A stretch of DNA of 64,000 bases, taken from assembly GCA_963732885.1 (NCBI GenBank), contig CAVTBI010000014.1, positions 130,558 to 194,557 of the forward strand, written 5' to 3'. The DNA is from an uncultured Chitinophagaceae bacterium (GTDB lineage Bacteria; Bacteroidota; Bacteroidia; Chitinophagales; Chitinophagaceae). Below, one piece after another: positions 42,689 to 55,323 of this stretch. Positions within the stretch are counted from its first letter, which is position 1, and every line of letters starts with the position of its first letter. Both the position numbers and the translations under genes were made by a program. A model generated the notes under the pieces. The model did not search any database and was not told the origin of the DNA. It worked only from the letters and a program-made list of their open reading frames with translations.

Positions 42689-43316
42689 GCAAGAATCCCC
42701 TTTACACCAGCTCAGTATTTATTTGCCCGATGGCTCCTTTGAAGCGGTAGCATCCTATTTGGTGGAATATAAAGTGCACCTAACGGTAACGCGTGAACGC
42801 TTAACCAAACTCGGCGATTACCGCAATAAACATTTAAATAAAAATCACCGCATCAGTGTAAACGGCAACCTCAATAAATATTCTTTTCTCATTACCTTGT
42901 TGCATGAGTTGGGGCATTTGGTAGCTTATGAAAAATATGGAAATAAAATTCAGGCGCATGGCGTGCAATGGAAAAATGAATTTGGGAAAATACTCGCTGG
43001 TTTTATTTCAAGAAAAATCTTTCCGGCTGATATTGAAAAAGAATTATTAAAAACTTTAAAAAGCCCTGCGGCAAGTTCGTGTGCCGAAGCGCCGCTTACG
43101 AGGGTTTTAAAAAGGTATGATCCGCATAAACCCGGCGTTTTTTTATTAGAAGAATTGCCGGATGAAAGTTGGTTCAGGTTTAAAAACGGGCATATTTATA
43201 AGAAAGAAAAGAAGATAAGAACCCGTTTTTTATGCAAAGATATTGTTACGAAAAAACAGTTTCTATTCAGCCCTATCACAGAAGTAGAATTAGTGAAGAA
43301 AGAGTTAGGTTTATAG
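42681..43316 (+). CDS. SprT-like metalloprotease domain protein
   Basis: TLLHELGH (HExxH), HGVQWK. Confidence 0.88.
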   Translation: MPKQESPLHQLSIYLPDGSFEAVASYLVEYKVHLTVTRERLTKLGDYRNKHLNKNHRISVNGNLNKYSFLITLLHELGHLVAYEKYGNKIQAHGVQWKNEFGKILAGFISRKIFPADIEKELLKTLKSPAASSCAEAPLTRVLKRYDPHKPGVFLLEELPDESWFRFKNGHIYKKEKKIRTRFLCKDIVTKKQFLFSPITEVELVKKELGL

Positions 43317-43349
43317 TAAACCAATAAATTACACCGATTCTTATTTTTG
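43314..43349 (+). repeat. Copy of 36-bp motif starting at the SprT stop codon
   Basis: TAGTAAACCAATAAATTACACCGATTCTTATTTTTG. Confidence 0.75.
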
Positions 43350-43365
43350 CCAGACACAAAAAATT

Positions 43366-43956
43366 ATGACACCTCAACGTTTCAACCGCCTTACGTCCGT
43401 TCTTAATCACCGCCAGCCCGATATTACGGTAGTTTTAGAAAATGTGTTCGATCCGCATAATGTGTCAGCAGTGATGCGCACCTGTGATGCTGTTGGAATC
43501 CAGGATGTCTATATATTAAATGACCGCATTCCCCCTCACAAAAAATGGGGTTATAAAAGTTCTTCCACAGCTACAGAATGGCTTTCGGTCCACCAGTTTA
43601 CCAATGCCGAAGAATGTTTTACTGAAATCACAAAAAGATATGAGAAGATTTATACTTCTCATTTAGGAGAATCATCTGCAGATTTATACTCAATGAACTT
43701 TACCGAATCAATAGCGCTCGTTTTTGGAAATGAAACTTTTGGTGTTAGTGAAAATATCCGCAAATTTTCTGATGGCGATTTTATCATTCCCCAAACGGGT
43801 ATTATTAAATCGCTAAATATTTCTGTTGCCTGCGCGGTTACTCTATATGAAGCTTACAGGCAGAAAAAACAAAAAGGCCATTATGACCAATCGCGTTTAT
43901 CTAAAACAAAAACGCTTGAATTGCAAAAGCAATGGAAGCTCATCGATGAGCAATAA
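43366..43956 (+). CDS. trmH: TrmH/SpoU-family tRNA 2'-O-methyltransferase
   Basis: LENVFDPHNVSAVMRTCDAVG, FGNE, SLNISVA. Confidence 0.85.
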   Translation: MTPQRFNRLTSVLNHRQPDITVVLENVFDPHNVSAVMRTCDAVGIQDVYILNDRIPPHKKWGYKSSSTATEWLSVHQFTNAEECFTEITKRYEKIYTSHLGESSADLYSMNFTESIALVFGNETFGVSENIRKFSDGDFIIPQTGIIKSLNISVACAVTLYEAYRQKKQKGHYDQSRLSKTKTLELQKQWKLIDEQ

Positions 43957-44118
43957 ATTACTCGCCAAATATTGCTTCAAAACCTCTAATCTTAATTCGC
44001 AGCTAAAAATTCCTGGCCAAAAATGAAATTTTGACGGATATTTTTCCCAATTAAACTGACATACAATTCATTTTCCTGCCAACTAAACTGATAAAATTAT
44101 TTGGTACAATTATTCGTG

Positions 44119-44126
44119 TACATTTG
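44119..44126 (+). promoter_or_regulatory. -7 promoter box for groES-groEL
   Basis: TACATTTG 35 nt before the groES ATG. Confidence 0.6.
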
Positions 44127-44161
44127 CAACCCAAATAATAAATTAAAAAAATTTAACAATT

Positions 44162-46142
<1,981 letters not shown>

Positions 46143-46182
46143 TAAAAACCCGCTCCACATTTTCAACTTTAGAAAACGAAAC

Positions 46183-46218
46183 AAAAAATCCCTTTACAGA
46201 AATGTGAAGGGATTTTTT
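46183..46218 (+). terminator. Intrinsic terminator of groESL
   Basis: AAAAAATCCCTTTACA-GAAA-TGTGAAGGGATTTTTT. Confidence 0.85.
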
Positions 46219-46693
46219 AATTGAATGCTAACAGTAAAGCAACAAATTTTGAATATTTTGTTGCGGCTTTTAGATTCCTAATTCTCAATTCTTTTACTCA
46301 ATAAAATTGCACCATTTCTCAATTTTTCAGAGTTGTTCGATTTAATTTTTTTAAAGAGAAATAAGTTTGCTCTTTGAAGAGGAATCTTTTCAAAAAATGT
46401 ATTGCTTATAAATCTTTAAAAGGGTTTGATTTGATAATTGGCAGTGAGGATATGTAAACGATTGATATTAAATTATTAAAAACTTTGTTGTTCAAGAGAC
46501 AGGAAATAAATGCGGTATGTTTGCGGTTCTGATTTAGCTACTTTGGAATAGAATAATTTCGCATTCAAATGGGTAATGAAAAACTTTGGTTGTAAAATTT
46601 TTGGCAGAGATAGGGTACTATCAATGATGTATTAAAATTTGTAAATTAATTCTTTCAGATAGTGTATTTTTTCTAACGCGTAAACCTTTTTCA

Positions 46694-49117
46694 ATGAAAC
46701 GGTTTTTCTTTGTAATTACACTCACAGTTATTTGTTTGTTTTCTGCTAATGCTCAACAAAACCTCAGGTTGTGGTACAATCATCCTGCTATAACATGGGA
46801 AGAGTGCACACCCTTAGGAAATGGCCGCCTGGGTGCAATGCCTGATGGTGGCGTGTTAAAAGAAAATATCGTATTAAATGATATTACCCTTTGGTCGGGA
46901 GGGCCACAGGATGCTGATAAAGAAGGAGCAGTAAAATATTTACCAGAAATTAGAAAATTATTGTTTGAAGGGAAAAATGCCGGAGCAGAGGCATTGGTCA
47001 ACAAGGTATTTATCTGTAAAGGAGCCGGCTCTGGCTCTGGCAACGGCGCCAATGTACCGTACGGAAGCTACGAGATGCTGGGAAACCTTCATATTAATTA
47101 TGACTATGGCGCAGATAGCGCGTTGGTAAATCCTCAAAATTATGTCAGGGAATTATCGTTAGGCTCTGCTGTGGCAAAATGTAGTTATCGTCTCAATGGT
47201 ATAACTTATAGCCGCGAATATTTTACCAGCTTTTCGGATGATGTAATTATCGTTCGCCTTATGGCAAACCAACCGGGGAAAATCAGTTTTGCATTATCTC
47301 TTGACCGGCCCGAAAAATATCAAACTACGGTGCATAATAATGAACTGCAGATGGAAGGCCAGTTAAATAATGGAACTGACGGGAAAGGCATGCAGTATCT
47401 GACCAGGGTGAAAATAAAAAATAATGGTGGAAAATTAATTACCGGTGACAGTACCTTGAGGGTTCAGGGTGCCAATTCAGTTATTATTTATATTTCCTCT
47501 TCTACTGATTTTCGCCAGGTATCCCTCGAACAAAAATCGTTGGCTTTACTCAATGCCGCTTTCAACAAAAAATATCAAACTGAAAAGGCGGAACACATAA
47601 AATCCTATCAAAAGCTTTTTCTTCGTGCTTCGCTTTCCCTGGATAATAAAAACCTGGAACAGGCATCATTGCCTACAGATGAAAGGTTGGTAGCATTTAC
47701 AAAAGATCCTACGGATAATGGCTTGCCGGTATTGTATTTTCAATACGGACGTTACTTGTTGATTAGTAGTACACGGCCCGGATTACTTCCGCCCAACTTG
47801 CAGGGGCTTTGGGCTAATACAATACAGACGCCCTGGAATGGAGATTATCATCTTGATATAAATATTCAGATGAATCACTGGCCGCTGGATGTAACCAATC
47901 TGCCGATGCTGAATGAGCCTTTTTATTCTTTGGTAAAAGGAATGGTGAAACCGGGGGAGAAAACAGCTAAGTTATATTATGGTGGGAAAGGATGGGTAGC
48001 GCATGTAATCACTAATGTATGGGGCTACACTTCTCCGGGAGAGAGCGCTTCATGGGGTGCTACCAATTCCGGCTCCGGGTGGCTGTGTGAGTTGCTTTGG
48101 CAGCATTATTTATTTACACTTGATCAGGATTATCTCAAAAAAATATATCCCATTATTAAAGGCTCTGCTGCATTCTATTTGAGTACGCTGGTAAAGGGCC
48201 CTAACAATGGATGGCTTGTAACCGCGCCGTCCAATTCACCTGAAAATGCTTTTCGCCTGCCTGATGGAAAAGTGGTGCATGTGTGTGCTGGGCCTACAAT
48301 AGATAATCAAATCGTCAGGGAATTATTTTCACACGTTATTGAAGCTTCAAAAATTTTGAAGAAAGATGCTCCATTTATTCAACAACTAACGCAGGCAGGA
48401 AAACAATTGCCTCCAAACCAAATTGACAAAAATGGCAGGCTGATGGAATGGTTGCAACCTTATGAGGAAGTTGAGCCGCAACATCGCCATCTATCGCCGC
48501 TTTGGGGGATGTATCCCGGCAACGAAATTACTATGCAGAGTACTCCTCAATTAGCCGAAGCCGCCAAAGCTTTGTTGATCAGAAGAGGGGATATCAGCAC
48601 TGGCTGGTCATTAGCCTGGAAGATTAATTTATGGGCGAGGTTAAAGGACGGGAATCATGCTTTTAGTTTATTAAAAGATCTTTTAAAACCTACCGCCCAA
48701 AAAGGATTTAATATGGTTAATGGCGGCGGCACATATCCTAATTTATTTGATGCGCACCCACCATTCCAGATTGACGGTAATTTCGGAGGGACTGCGGGGA
48801 TTGCTGAGATGCTTTTACAAAGTGAGGAAGGATATATTGATTTGTTGCCGGCGCTTCCTGATCAATGGCCTAACGGTAGATTCACAGGTTTAGTTGCAAG
48901 AGGGGGAGGTGTGCTAAATCTGAAATGGGCAAATCATCAAATTATATCTTTAGAAATAACACCAACAGTAACGAACCATTTCAAAATAAAAGTTCCCGAT
49001 TATGTGGGACAGGTGAAGCTGAAATACAAAAATAAAACTACGATTTTGAATACATCGAATGGGTTTATTAATATTTCTTTGAACAAAGGGTACCGGGCTA
49101 AATTTTTATTCTTATAG
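46694..49117 (+). CDS. GH95 family alpha-L-fucosidase-like glycoside hydrolase (secreted)
   Basis: PLGNGRLGAM, FQYGRYLLISS, NLQGLW, YHLDINIQMNHW, HRHLSPL, HPPFQIDGNFG. Confidence 0.93.
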   Translation: MKRFFFVITLTVICLFSANAQQNLRLWYNHPAITWEECTPLGNGRLGAMPDGGVLKENIVLNDITLWSGGPQDADKEGAVKYLPEIRKLLFEGKNAGAEALVNKVFICKGAGSGSGNGANVPYGSYEMLGNLHINYDYGADSALVNPQNYVRELSLGSAVAKCSYRLNGITYSREYFTSFSDDVIIVRLMANQPGKISFALSLDRPEKYQTTVHNNELQMEGQLNNGTDGKGMQYLTRVKIKNNGGKLITGDSTLRVQGANSVIIYISSSTDFRQVSLEQKSLALLNAAFNKKYQTEKAEHIKSYQKLFLRASLSLDNKNLEQASLPTDERLVAFTKDPTDNGLPVLYFQYGRYLLISSTRPGLLPPNLQGLWANTIQTPWNGDYHLDINIQMNHWPLDVTNLPMLNEPFYSLVKGMVKPGEKTAKLYYGGKGWVAHVITNVWGYTSPGESASWGATNSGSGWLCELLWQHYLFTLDQDYLKKIYPIIKGSAAFYLSTLVKGPNNGWLVTAPSNSPENAFRLPDGKVVHVCAGPTIDNQIVRELFSHVIEASKILKKDAPFIQQLTQAGKQLPPNQIDKNGRLMEWLQPYEEVEPQHRHLSPLWGMYPGNEITMQSTPQLAEAAKALLIRRGDISTGWSLAWKINLWARLKDGNHAFSLLKDLLKPTAQKGFNMVNGGGTYPNLFDAHPPFQIDGNFGGTAGIAEMLLQSEEGYIDLLPALPDQWPNGRFTGLVARGGGVLNLKWANHQIISLEITPTVTNHFKIKVPDYVGQVKLKYKNKTTILNTSNGFINISLNKGYRAKFLFL

Positions 49118-49191
49118 TATTAGGTAGAATAATAATAAAGTGTAATATTATTTGAGGTTTAGCCATAATGCTGTTGCAAAATTCTTTCAGG

Positions 49192-50560
49192 TTACCTCTG
49201 CAAATACGGGCTTTGAAAGCCCAGTTTTTTTAAACCTTGTTGTACTTCAGGGCAATTCATAAATAATTTCCAGATCAATCCGCTTCTGTAATTTTCAATC
49301 ATTACCACTTCAGGGCCCTGGTCTATCGCTAAATATTTTTGAGGGTGCCAATTTGCTGTTTCACTAAAAGCATCATAAAAGCCATAAGGCCCCCAGAGTT
49401 TATCTTTCATATCGTCATACCAATGCCTCATTGCTGCTAACGATTTTTCGGGAGTATAAGGAATAGAAGAGATCGCCGCGGTAGGAGAAATGACACCTAA
49501 ATCCCTTTTTTCAGAAGGCGCATGGGCGGAATACCCTTCTACCGAATAGCTCGCTGTAAGCCCCCAGTTGTTGGGGCCGTAACCAGCATAATTTTCAGGA
49601 TTTTTTACACACCAGGTATAATTGATTAGGGTTTGGTTGGTATTTTCTTCCCAATAATCAGCATATTCATCTTTTAAACCGTGCGGATCAAGGCCGATAT
49701 AAGAATAATGAGCCCAGAATAAAGGGCCACCATTTGGCGCGCCCTGGTGATATAATTGTAATGCATACCCGAAATGTTCTGAAGGGGATTTTATTTTTCC
49801 GTTTTCTGCCCATCCTTCATGATAAACGGATACCGGTACGCCATGTGTAGGAGAAGATGCAGCGAGAATATACAAAATAAGGCATTCATTGTAACCATGA
49901 ATCGGGAAATTCATCTGCCATCCGTAATCAGGGCTCCAATGCCAGTAAAGAACATTTTTTCCATTGCGGTACCAATTCCAGTCAACCTCTTTCCATAATG
50001 AATTAATCCGTGCTGCCAGTTTTTTTTCTTGCTTATTACCATTTTTAAAATATTGCCTTGCGCTCAAAAGCCCTTCCATCATAAAGGCCGTTTCTACCAG
50101 GTCCCCTCCGTCATCTTTTTTGCCAAATGGCTTTACTTTACCGGTAGCTCCATACATCCAATGTGGCCAGGCACCATGAAAACGATCTGCCTTTTTAAGA
50201 AAATTTATAATTTTCTCTAACCTGGCTTCACCCTCTTTCCGGGTGATAAAGCCGCGGTGAATCCCTGTAAGAATTGCCATTACTCCAAACCCACTGCCAC
50301 CAGTCGTTACTACATCTTTATCATTTTGAGGATAGATACCATCTACATTAATTCTTTCTCTCGCCATTCCGCTATTTGGTTCTGCCCCATCCCAAAAATA
50401 TTCGAAAAGTTTGATGCTGGACCTTAGTCAGTAAAGAATCATTAGTTATTTTATCTGCTTTTGCTTCAATACTTGCCTGCTCTTTCTTTTTAGTATTGTT
50501 AAAAGAAAAACTAATTAATAAAATACCCAATAAATAAATAGTGTTTTTAAAATAGCTCAT
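49192..50560 (-). CDS. GH144 / glucoamylase-family (DUF3131) beta-glucanase-like protein, 1-base insertion near 50405
   Basis: Rejoined QTFEYFWDGAEPNSGMARER; GGSGFG, RFHGAWPHW, DLVETAF, GYNE, LAIDQGP, IENYRSGL. Confidence 0.85.
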
Positions 50561-50681
50561 AAAGAAATTTTAGGGACAGTAAACCAACAAATAATATAAA
50601 ATTCCTTTTTTTTATTTAGCAATAAAATAATTATTACTCTTTTCTCTTAAAATATTTTTTTATTATTGAATAAAGGGTTCG

Positions 50682-51815
50682 TTATTTCCACTTCTTTGCC
50701 GGTTTTTTAAAAATGGAAGCAGCAAAAAATAAATAATAAAAAAACATCCATACATCAAAGAAAAGGAACCAGGGAAAAAGATCCTTTTCATCCAGTTTCT
50801 GTGTGGTTTTAAAAATAATAAAAGCCTGCACCAGGAACCTTATACCAAATACTCCAAGTGTTAATCGCCAGTCGGAAATAAATAAGGCAACGATGAATAA
50901 AGGATAAAAAATAAAAAGGCTAAAAGCATATAATCCCAATAAAAACTTATGGCCGGCTTTGTAATATTTGCTGGTGGTGTAATGCCGCTTCTTTTGCCTG
51001 ATCCACTGTTTCCAGTTTTTTGGAGCGTCTGATAAAGTAAAGGCTTCCTTATCAACCACGATAGTTGTATTTTTTTTTGTTGCGGCCTTATTAATAAAAA
51101 GGTCATCGTCGCCACCGGGAACATGATTGTGCGCAGAAAATCCTTTGTGCCTGAAAAAAACAGATTTTTTATAACTTAAATTCCTGCCTACACCCATATA
51201 AGCGATACCGCTTTTTGCATAAGATAAATATTGCAACGCGGTATGGAAAGTTTCCCATCTTACCAGCTTATTAAAAAATCCTTTTGTTTTATGCATTGCC
51301 CCGTAGCCTAAAACAATTTCGATCCCATTATTGAAACCTTGTTGCATTTTTTCGATCCAAAACTCTGAAGCAGGCACACAGTCTGCATCCGTGAGCAATA
51401 CGATCTCATATTTCGCGGTCTTTATCCCAACGCTCAACGGGTATTTTTTCCCGGGAATAAACCGGGCTTCCTGTTTTAATTCTATTAATTGCAACTGCCT
51501 GAACTTGCGTTGAAATTCTTCGAGGATGTATTTGCTTTCATCCAGTGAATTATCATTTACAACAATTATTTCATGAGTGGTTTTGTATTTTTGAACCAGT
51601 GCTCCCGGAAGATTTTTGACTATATTGGCAGCTTCATCCCTTGAACAAATGATTACCGAAACAGGATGGGTTTGAGAAATATTTTTGGGCTCCGTTTTAA
51701 AAAGAGCCAATCTTAAAAAGAAAAATAAATAATAAAATAATTGTATAAAAGTGATTATACAAAATACAAGAAAAATCAATCTTCCCGGATCAGATAAGAA
51801 TTCAGCCAGTTTCAT
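50682..51815 (-). CDS. GT2 family glycosyltransferase with TM segments
   Basis: VIICSRDE, DNSLD, LLTDADC, GDDDLF, QKKRH. Confidence 0.9.
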   Translation of the reverse strand: MKLAEFLSDPGRLIFLVFCIITFIQLFYYLFFFLRLALFKTEPKNISQTHPVSVIICSRDEAANIVKNLPGALVQKYKTTHEIIVVNDNSLDESKYILEEFQRKFRQLQLIELKQEARFIPGKKYPLSVGIKTAKYEIVLLTDADCVPASEFWIEKMQQGFNNGIEIVLGYGAMHKTKGFFNKLVRWETFHTALQYLSYAKSGIAYMGVGRNLSYKKSVFFRHKGFSAHNHVPGGDDDLFINKAATKKNTTIVVDKEAFTLSDAPKNWKQWIRQKKRHYTTSKYYKAGHKFLLGLYAFSLFIFYPLFIVALFISDWRLTLGVFGIRFLVQAFIIFKTTQKLDEKDLFPWFLFFDVWMFFYYLFFAASIFKKPAKKWK

Positions 51816-51822
51816 TTCAATG

Positions 51823-51908
51823 CAAACATACTTTCGTTATTGAATGATACAAAATAATAATACTAACACCAGATGTTCATAAAATGAAATTTTTGAAAGT
51901 TATCTTTG
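51823..51908. promoter_or_regulatory. Divergent -7 boxes (GT2 on minus at 51823-51830; tgt on plus at 51901-51908)
   Basis: TATGTTTG (minus) and TATCTTTG (plus). Confidence 0.6.
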
Positions 51909-51935
51909 CAGCCTTTTTAAAACAACGATCTTTTA

Positions 51936-53075
51936 ATGGCTGCATTACAATTTGAACTTCAACATACCGATTTTTCAACCAAAGCCAGGGCAGGAAAAAT
52001 TACCACGGATCACGGCGAAATCCTGACGCCCATATTTATGCCGGTGGGTACCGTTGGAAGTGTGAAAGCCGTTACCCAGCAACAGTTGCACGATGATGTA
52101 CATGCGCAAATTATTCTTGGAAATACTTATCATTTATACCTTCGGCCTGGATTAGAAGTATTGGAAGCAGCAGGCGGCTTACATCAATTTATGAATTGGA
52201 ATAAACCCATTCTTACTGATAGTGGCGGCTACCAGGTTTTCTCTTTGAGCGGCACCCGAAAACTAACAGAAGAAGGCGCGGTTTTTCAAAGCCACATTGA
52301 CGGAAGCACGCATTTATTTTCTCCTGAAAAAGTAATGGACATTCAAAGAATTATCGGCGGTGATATCATTATGGCTTTTGATGAATGCCCGCCGGGAGCC
52401 AGTGAATATCAATATGCAAAAACTTCTTTGGAACTCACCAACCGTTGGCTCGACAGGTGTTTTGAAAGATTTAATAATACAGAAGATAAATATGGTTATT
52501 CGCAAAATTTATTTCCTATTGTACAGGGCGGCGTGCATCACGATCTGAGAAAGATGTCGTGCGAATATGTTTCTTCCAAAGAAGCTACAGGCAATGCGAT
52601 CGGAGGTTTGAGCGTAGGCGAACCAACAGAAAAAATGTATGAAATATGTGCGCTGTGTTGTGAAAACCTACCGGTAAATAAACCACGCTATTTAATGGGC
52701 GTAGGCACTCCCTGGAATATTTTGGAATGCATTTCAATGGGGGTAGATATGTTTGATTGCGTAATGCCCACACGCAATGGGCGAAATGCGATGCTGTTTA
52801 CCACCAAAGGGATTATCAATATTGATAATAAAAAATGGGAAAAAGATTTTTCGCCGATTGATGATGGAATTGATTGTGAAGTAAGTAATTTTTATAGCAA
52901 AGCTTATTTGCGCCATTTAATGAAATCAAAAGAAATTTTAGGGTTACAAATAGCAAGTATTCATAATCTTGCCTTTTACCTTGATATTGTAAAAAAAGCC
53001 CGGGAAAAAATAACAGGAGGAAATTTTTTATCGTGGAAAAATGAGATGAGCCAACTTTGGCAGAGGCGTTTATGA
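51936..53075 (+). CDS. tgt: tRNA-guanine transglycosylase
   Basis: TPIFMPVGT, LGNTYHL, TDSGGYQVFSL, DMFDCVMPTRNGR. Confidence 0.97.
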   Translation: MAALQFELQHTDFSTKARAGKITTDHGEILTPIFMPVGTVGSVKAVTQQQLHDDVHAQIILGNTYHLYLRPGLEVLEAAGGLHQFMNWNKPILTDSGGYQVFSLSGTRKLTEEGAVFQSHIDGSTHLFSPEKVMDIQRIIGGDIIMAFDECPPGASEYQYAKTSLELTNRWLDRCFERFNNTEDKYGYSQNLFPIVQGGVHHDLRKMSCEYVSSKEATGNAIGGLSVGEPTEKMYEICALCCENLPVNKPRYLMGVGTPWNILECISMGVDMFDCVMPTRNGRNAMLFTTKGIINIDNKKWEKDFSPIDDGIDCEVSNFYSKAYLRHLMKSKEILGLQIASIHNLAFYLDIVKKAREKITGGNFLSWKNEMSQLWQRRL

Positions 53076-53263
53076 ATGATTTTAATTACGATTTTTTCAA
53101 AAAAGCTTTTTATTCTTTTATAAAAAAATCATGAGTTTTTAACCTTAAAAAATTTAACTTCATGCCTTGATTATCTAAATTAAGAATAGATATTTTTGCC
53201 CATCTTTGTAAAAATGCCTTTGAAAGTTTTGGAATATTTTTTAAGAAATGAAAAACCTCTATT

Positions 53264-54256
53264 ATGTCTAAATGGTTAATGCTTGTATTTTTTTCATTCG
53301 CCACAAGCAATCTTTTATTAGCGCAGCAAAATAACTTTGAAGTAAAAGGTTCAGGTTCCGGAATGTATATAGAACACATCGTTACGCCCAAAGAGAATTT
53401 TTACAGTGTGGGAAGAATGTATAATGTAAATCCCAGGGAATTGGGTGTTTTCAATCATCTGCACTTTGCAAGCGGTTTAAATATTGGGCAGGTTTTAAAA
53501 ATCCCCCTTGATAAAAATAATTTTACACAAGAAGAAAGTGCTGCGGTAAATGAAGCGCTTATACCTCTTTATCATACGGTTGCTGCCGGCGAAACCCTTT
53601 ACAGGCTTGGGGTTAATTATAATAAAGTATCTTTAGCTTCATTAAAAAAATGGAACCACCTTTCATCAGATGAACTGAGTGTGGGGCACCCCATGATAAT
53701 CGGATTTTTAAAAGTTGATAAAACACAATCATCATTAGCCAAAGAAAACCCAATGGTTAATGTGCAAAATAACACGGAACCCCCAACAGAAAAAACCCCT
53801 GAAACCCAAACCGAAAAACCTGCAGAAACCGCAATTTCTTCACCTGCAAAAACAGAACCCACAGAAACAAAACCTGTGGTTTCGGCAATCCAAACTTCCA
53901 ATTCAGTTGCAATAAATAGCAGTGCTAATTTCTCGGGAGGTTATTTTAAAAATTTATATGAACAGCAAACTGCCAATAAAGTACCAATTGATAAAAGTGG
54001 GAGTGGCTCGGTTTTCAAATCAACAAGTGGATGGCAGGATAAAAAATATTATTGTTTCAGCAATGACGCATCTGCCGGAACCGTTTTGAAAATAACGGAT
54101 AATTCAACCGGGAAAAGCGTATATGCAAAGGTGTTAGATGCCATTCCTGATATCAGCCAGAATGATGGATTAATCACCGTTGTCAGTAATGCGGCAGCAG
54201 ATGCATTGGGTGCCGGAGATGATAAATTTGATTGTGTAGTAAGTTTTGCAAAGTAG
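53264..54256 (+). CDS. Secreted LysM-domain protein (2 LysM, linker, RlpA/DPBB-like C-terminus)
   Basis: HIVTPKENFYSVGRMY, HTVAAGETLYRL; GTVLKITDNSTGKSVYAKV. Confidence 0.85.
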   Translation: MSKWLMLVFFSFATSNLLLAQQNNFEVKGSGSGMYIEHIVTPKENFYSVGRMYNVNPRELGVFNHLHFASGLNIGQVLKIPLDKNNFTQEESAAVNEALIPLYHTVAAGETLYRLGVNYNKVSLASLKKWNHLSSDELSVGHPMIIGFLKVDKTQSSLAKENPMVNVQNNTEPPTEKTPETQTEKPAETAISSPAKTEPTETKPVVSAIQTSNSVAINSSANFSGGYFKNLYEQQTANKVPIDKSGSGSVFKSTSGWQDKKYYCFSNDASAGTVLKITDNSTGKSVYAKVLDAIPDISQNDGLITVVSNAAADALGAGDDKFDCVVSFAK

Positions 54257-54267
54257 TAAACGAACCA

Positions 54268-54285
54268 TCCCGATAGCTATCGGGA
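54268..54285. repeat. Perfect 18-bp palindromic REP-like unit inside a degenerate 36-bp motif (54254-54308)
   Basis: TCCCGATAGCTATCGGGA preceded by TAGTAAACGAACCA. Confidence 0.75.
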
Positions 54286-54415
54286 GAAGAAAATCATTTC
54301 CTCCCTTTTTAAAGGGTAAACCTTTCAAAACCTATTCTTAATTATTTCTTATTTCTCATGGAATTATTTCCCTTTTAACTAAAAGATTTATAATTTTACT
54401 TAAAAAATTTATACG

Positions 54416-55168
54416 ATGGATTTAACTAATAAAAACTCAAATATTTCCAACATTTCTTACGTACCTATTGGCGAAGAAGTACGTACAAAATCATTTATCG
54501 CAAACGTTTTTTTATTAATGTTTGTAGCGCTTGGCGTATCTGCTTTATTTGCCTGGCAGTTTTCAGTAAACACACAATTATTAAGTTATTTAATAACACC
54601 GACGGGGTTGACCGGATTAGGGAAAATAACAATTTTTGCTCCTTTGATTTTTGTGCTGATTATGTCATTTGCCTATCAGCGCCTTTCTGCTACTGCGCTT
54701 ATGGCTTTGTTTATAGCTTACGCTATTATTAATGGAATTACTTTTAGTTTTATATTACTCGCCTTCACTCCGGGTTCTGTTTTGGGATGCTTTCTTTCTG
54801 CTTCCGCGATGTTTGGTGTAATGGCAGTAATGGGATATACCACTCACCAGGACCTGACCAAATTCGGGCGTATTTTAATGATGGGCGTTATCGGTGTTTT
54901 GATAGCGATGGTCATTAATTATTTTTTACACAGCAGCCAGTTGGATTATATTATCAGCATTATAGGCGTAATGGTTTTTACCGCGTTAACGGCTTATGAT
55001 GTACAAAAATTAAAAAGGATTGGCGAAGGGCTTGAATATAATGGAGGAGATGCTGTTTCGGCTAATAATGTAAAGAAAATGTCTATTCTCGGTGCATTGA
55101 CTTTGTACCTTGATTTCATTAATATTTTCCTTTTCTTGCTTCGCATGTTTGGAAACAGGAGAGGCTAA
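54416..55168 (+). CDS. Bax inhibitor-1/YccA family membrane protein
   Basis: About 7 TM segments; TAYDVQKLK; GALTLYLDFINIFLFLLR. Confidence 0.92.
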   Translation: MDLTNKNSNISNISYVPIGEEVRTKSFIANVFLLMFVALGVSALFAWQFSVNTQLLSYLITPTGLTGLGKITIFAPLIFVLIMSFAYQRLSATALMALFIAYAIINGITFSFILLAFTPGSVLGCFLSASAMFGVMAVMGYTTHQDLTKFGRILMMGVIGVLIAMVINYFLHSSQLDYIISIIGVMVFTALTAYDVQKLKRIGEGLEYNGGDAVSANNVKKMSILGALTLYLDFINIFLFLLRMFGNRRG

Positions 55169-55191
55169 AAAAAATTAAAAATAGTTAATAT

Positions 55192-55221
55192 AAAAAGACG
55201 GTTTTTTTAAGCCGTCTTTTT
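55192..55221. terminator. Bidirectional intrinsic terminator
   Basis: AAAAAGACGGT / GCCGTCTTTTT. Confidence 0.75.
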
Positions 55222-55323
55222 TAATTGAACAAAATATTTTACAGCAACCAACATTATACAAATCCATGGTTTTACTTGAACTTTCTCAGCAGAAAAAATT
55301 GAATCCCCGGATGATTTTTTAGC

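Noticed and set aside
46270-46410. Short minus-strand open stretch RFISNTFFEKIPLQRANLFLFKK...
   Set aside because: No start codon and no recognisable family; may be a relic but cannot be supported.
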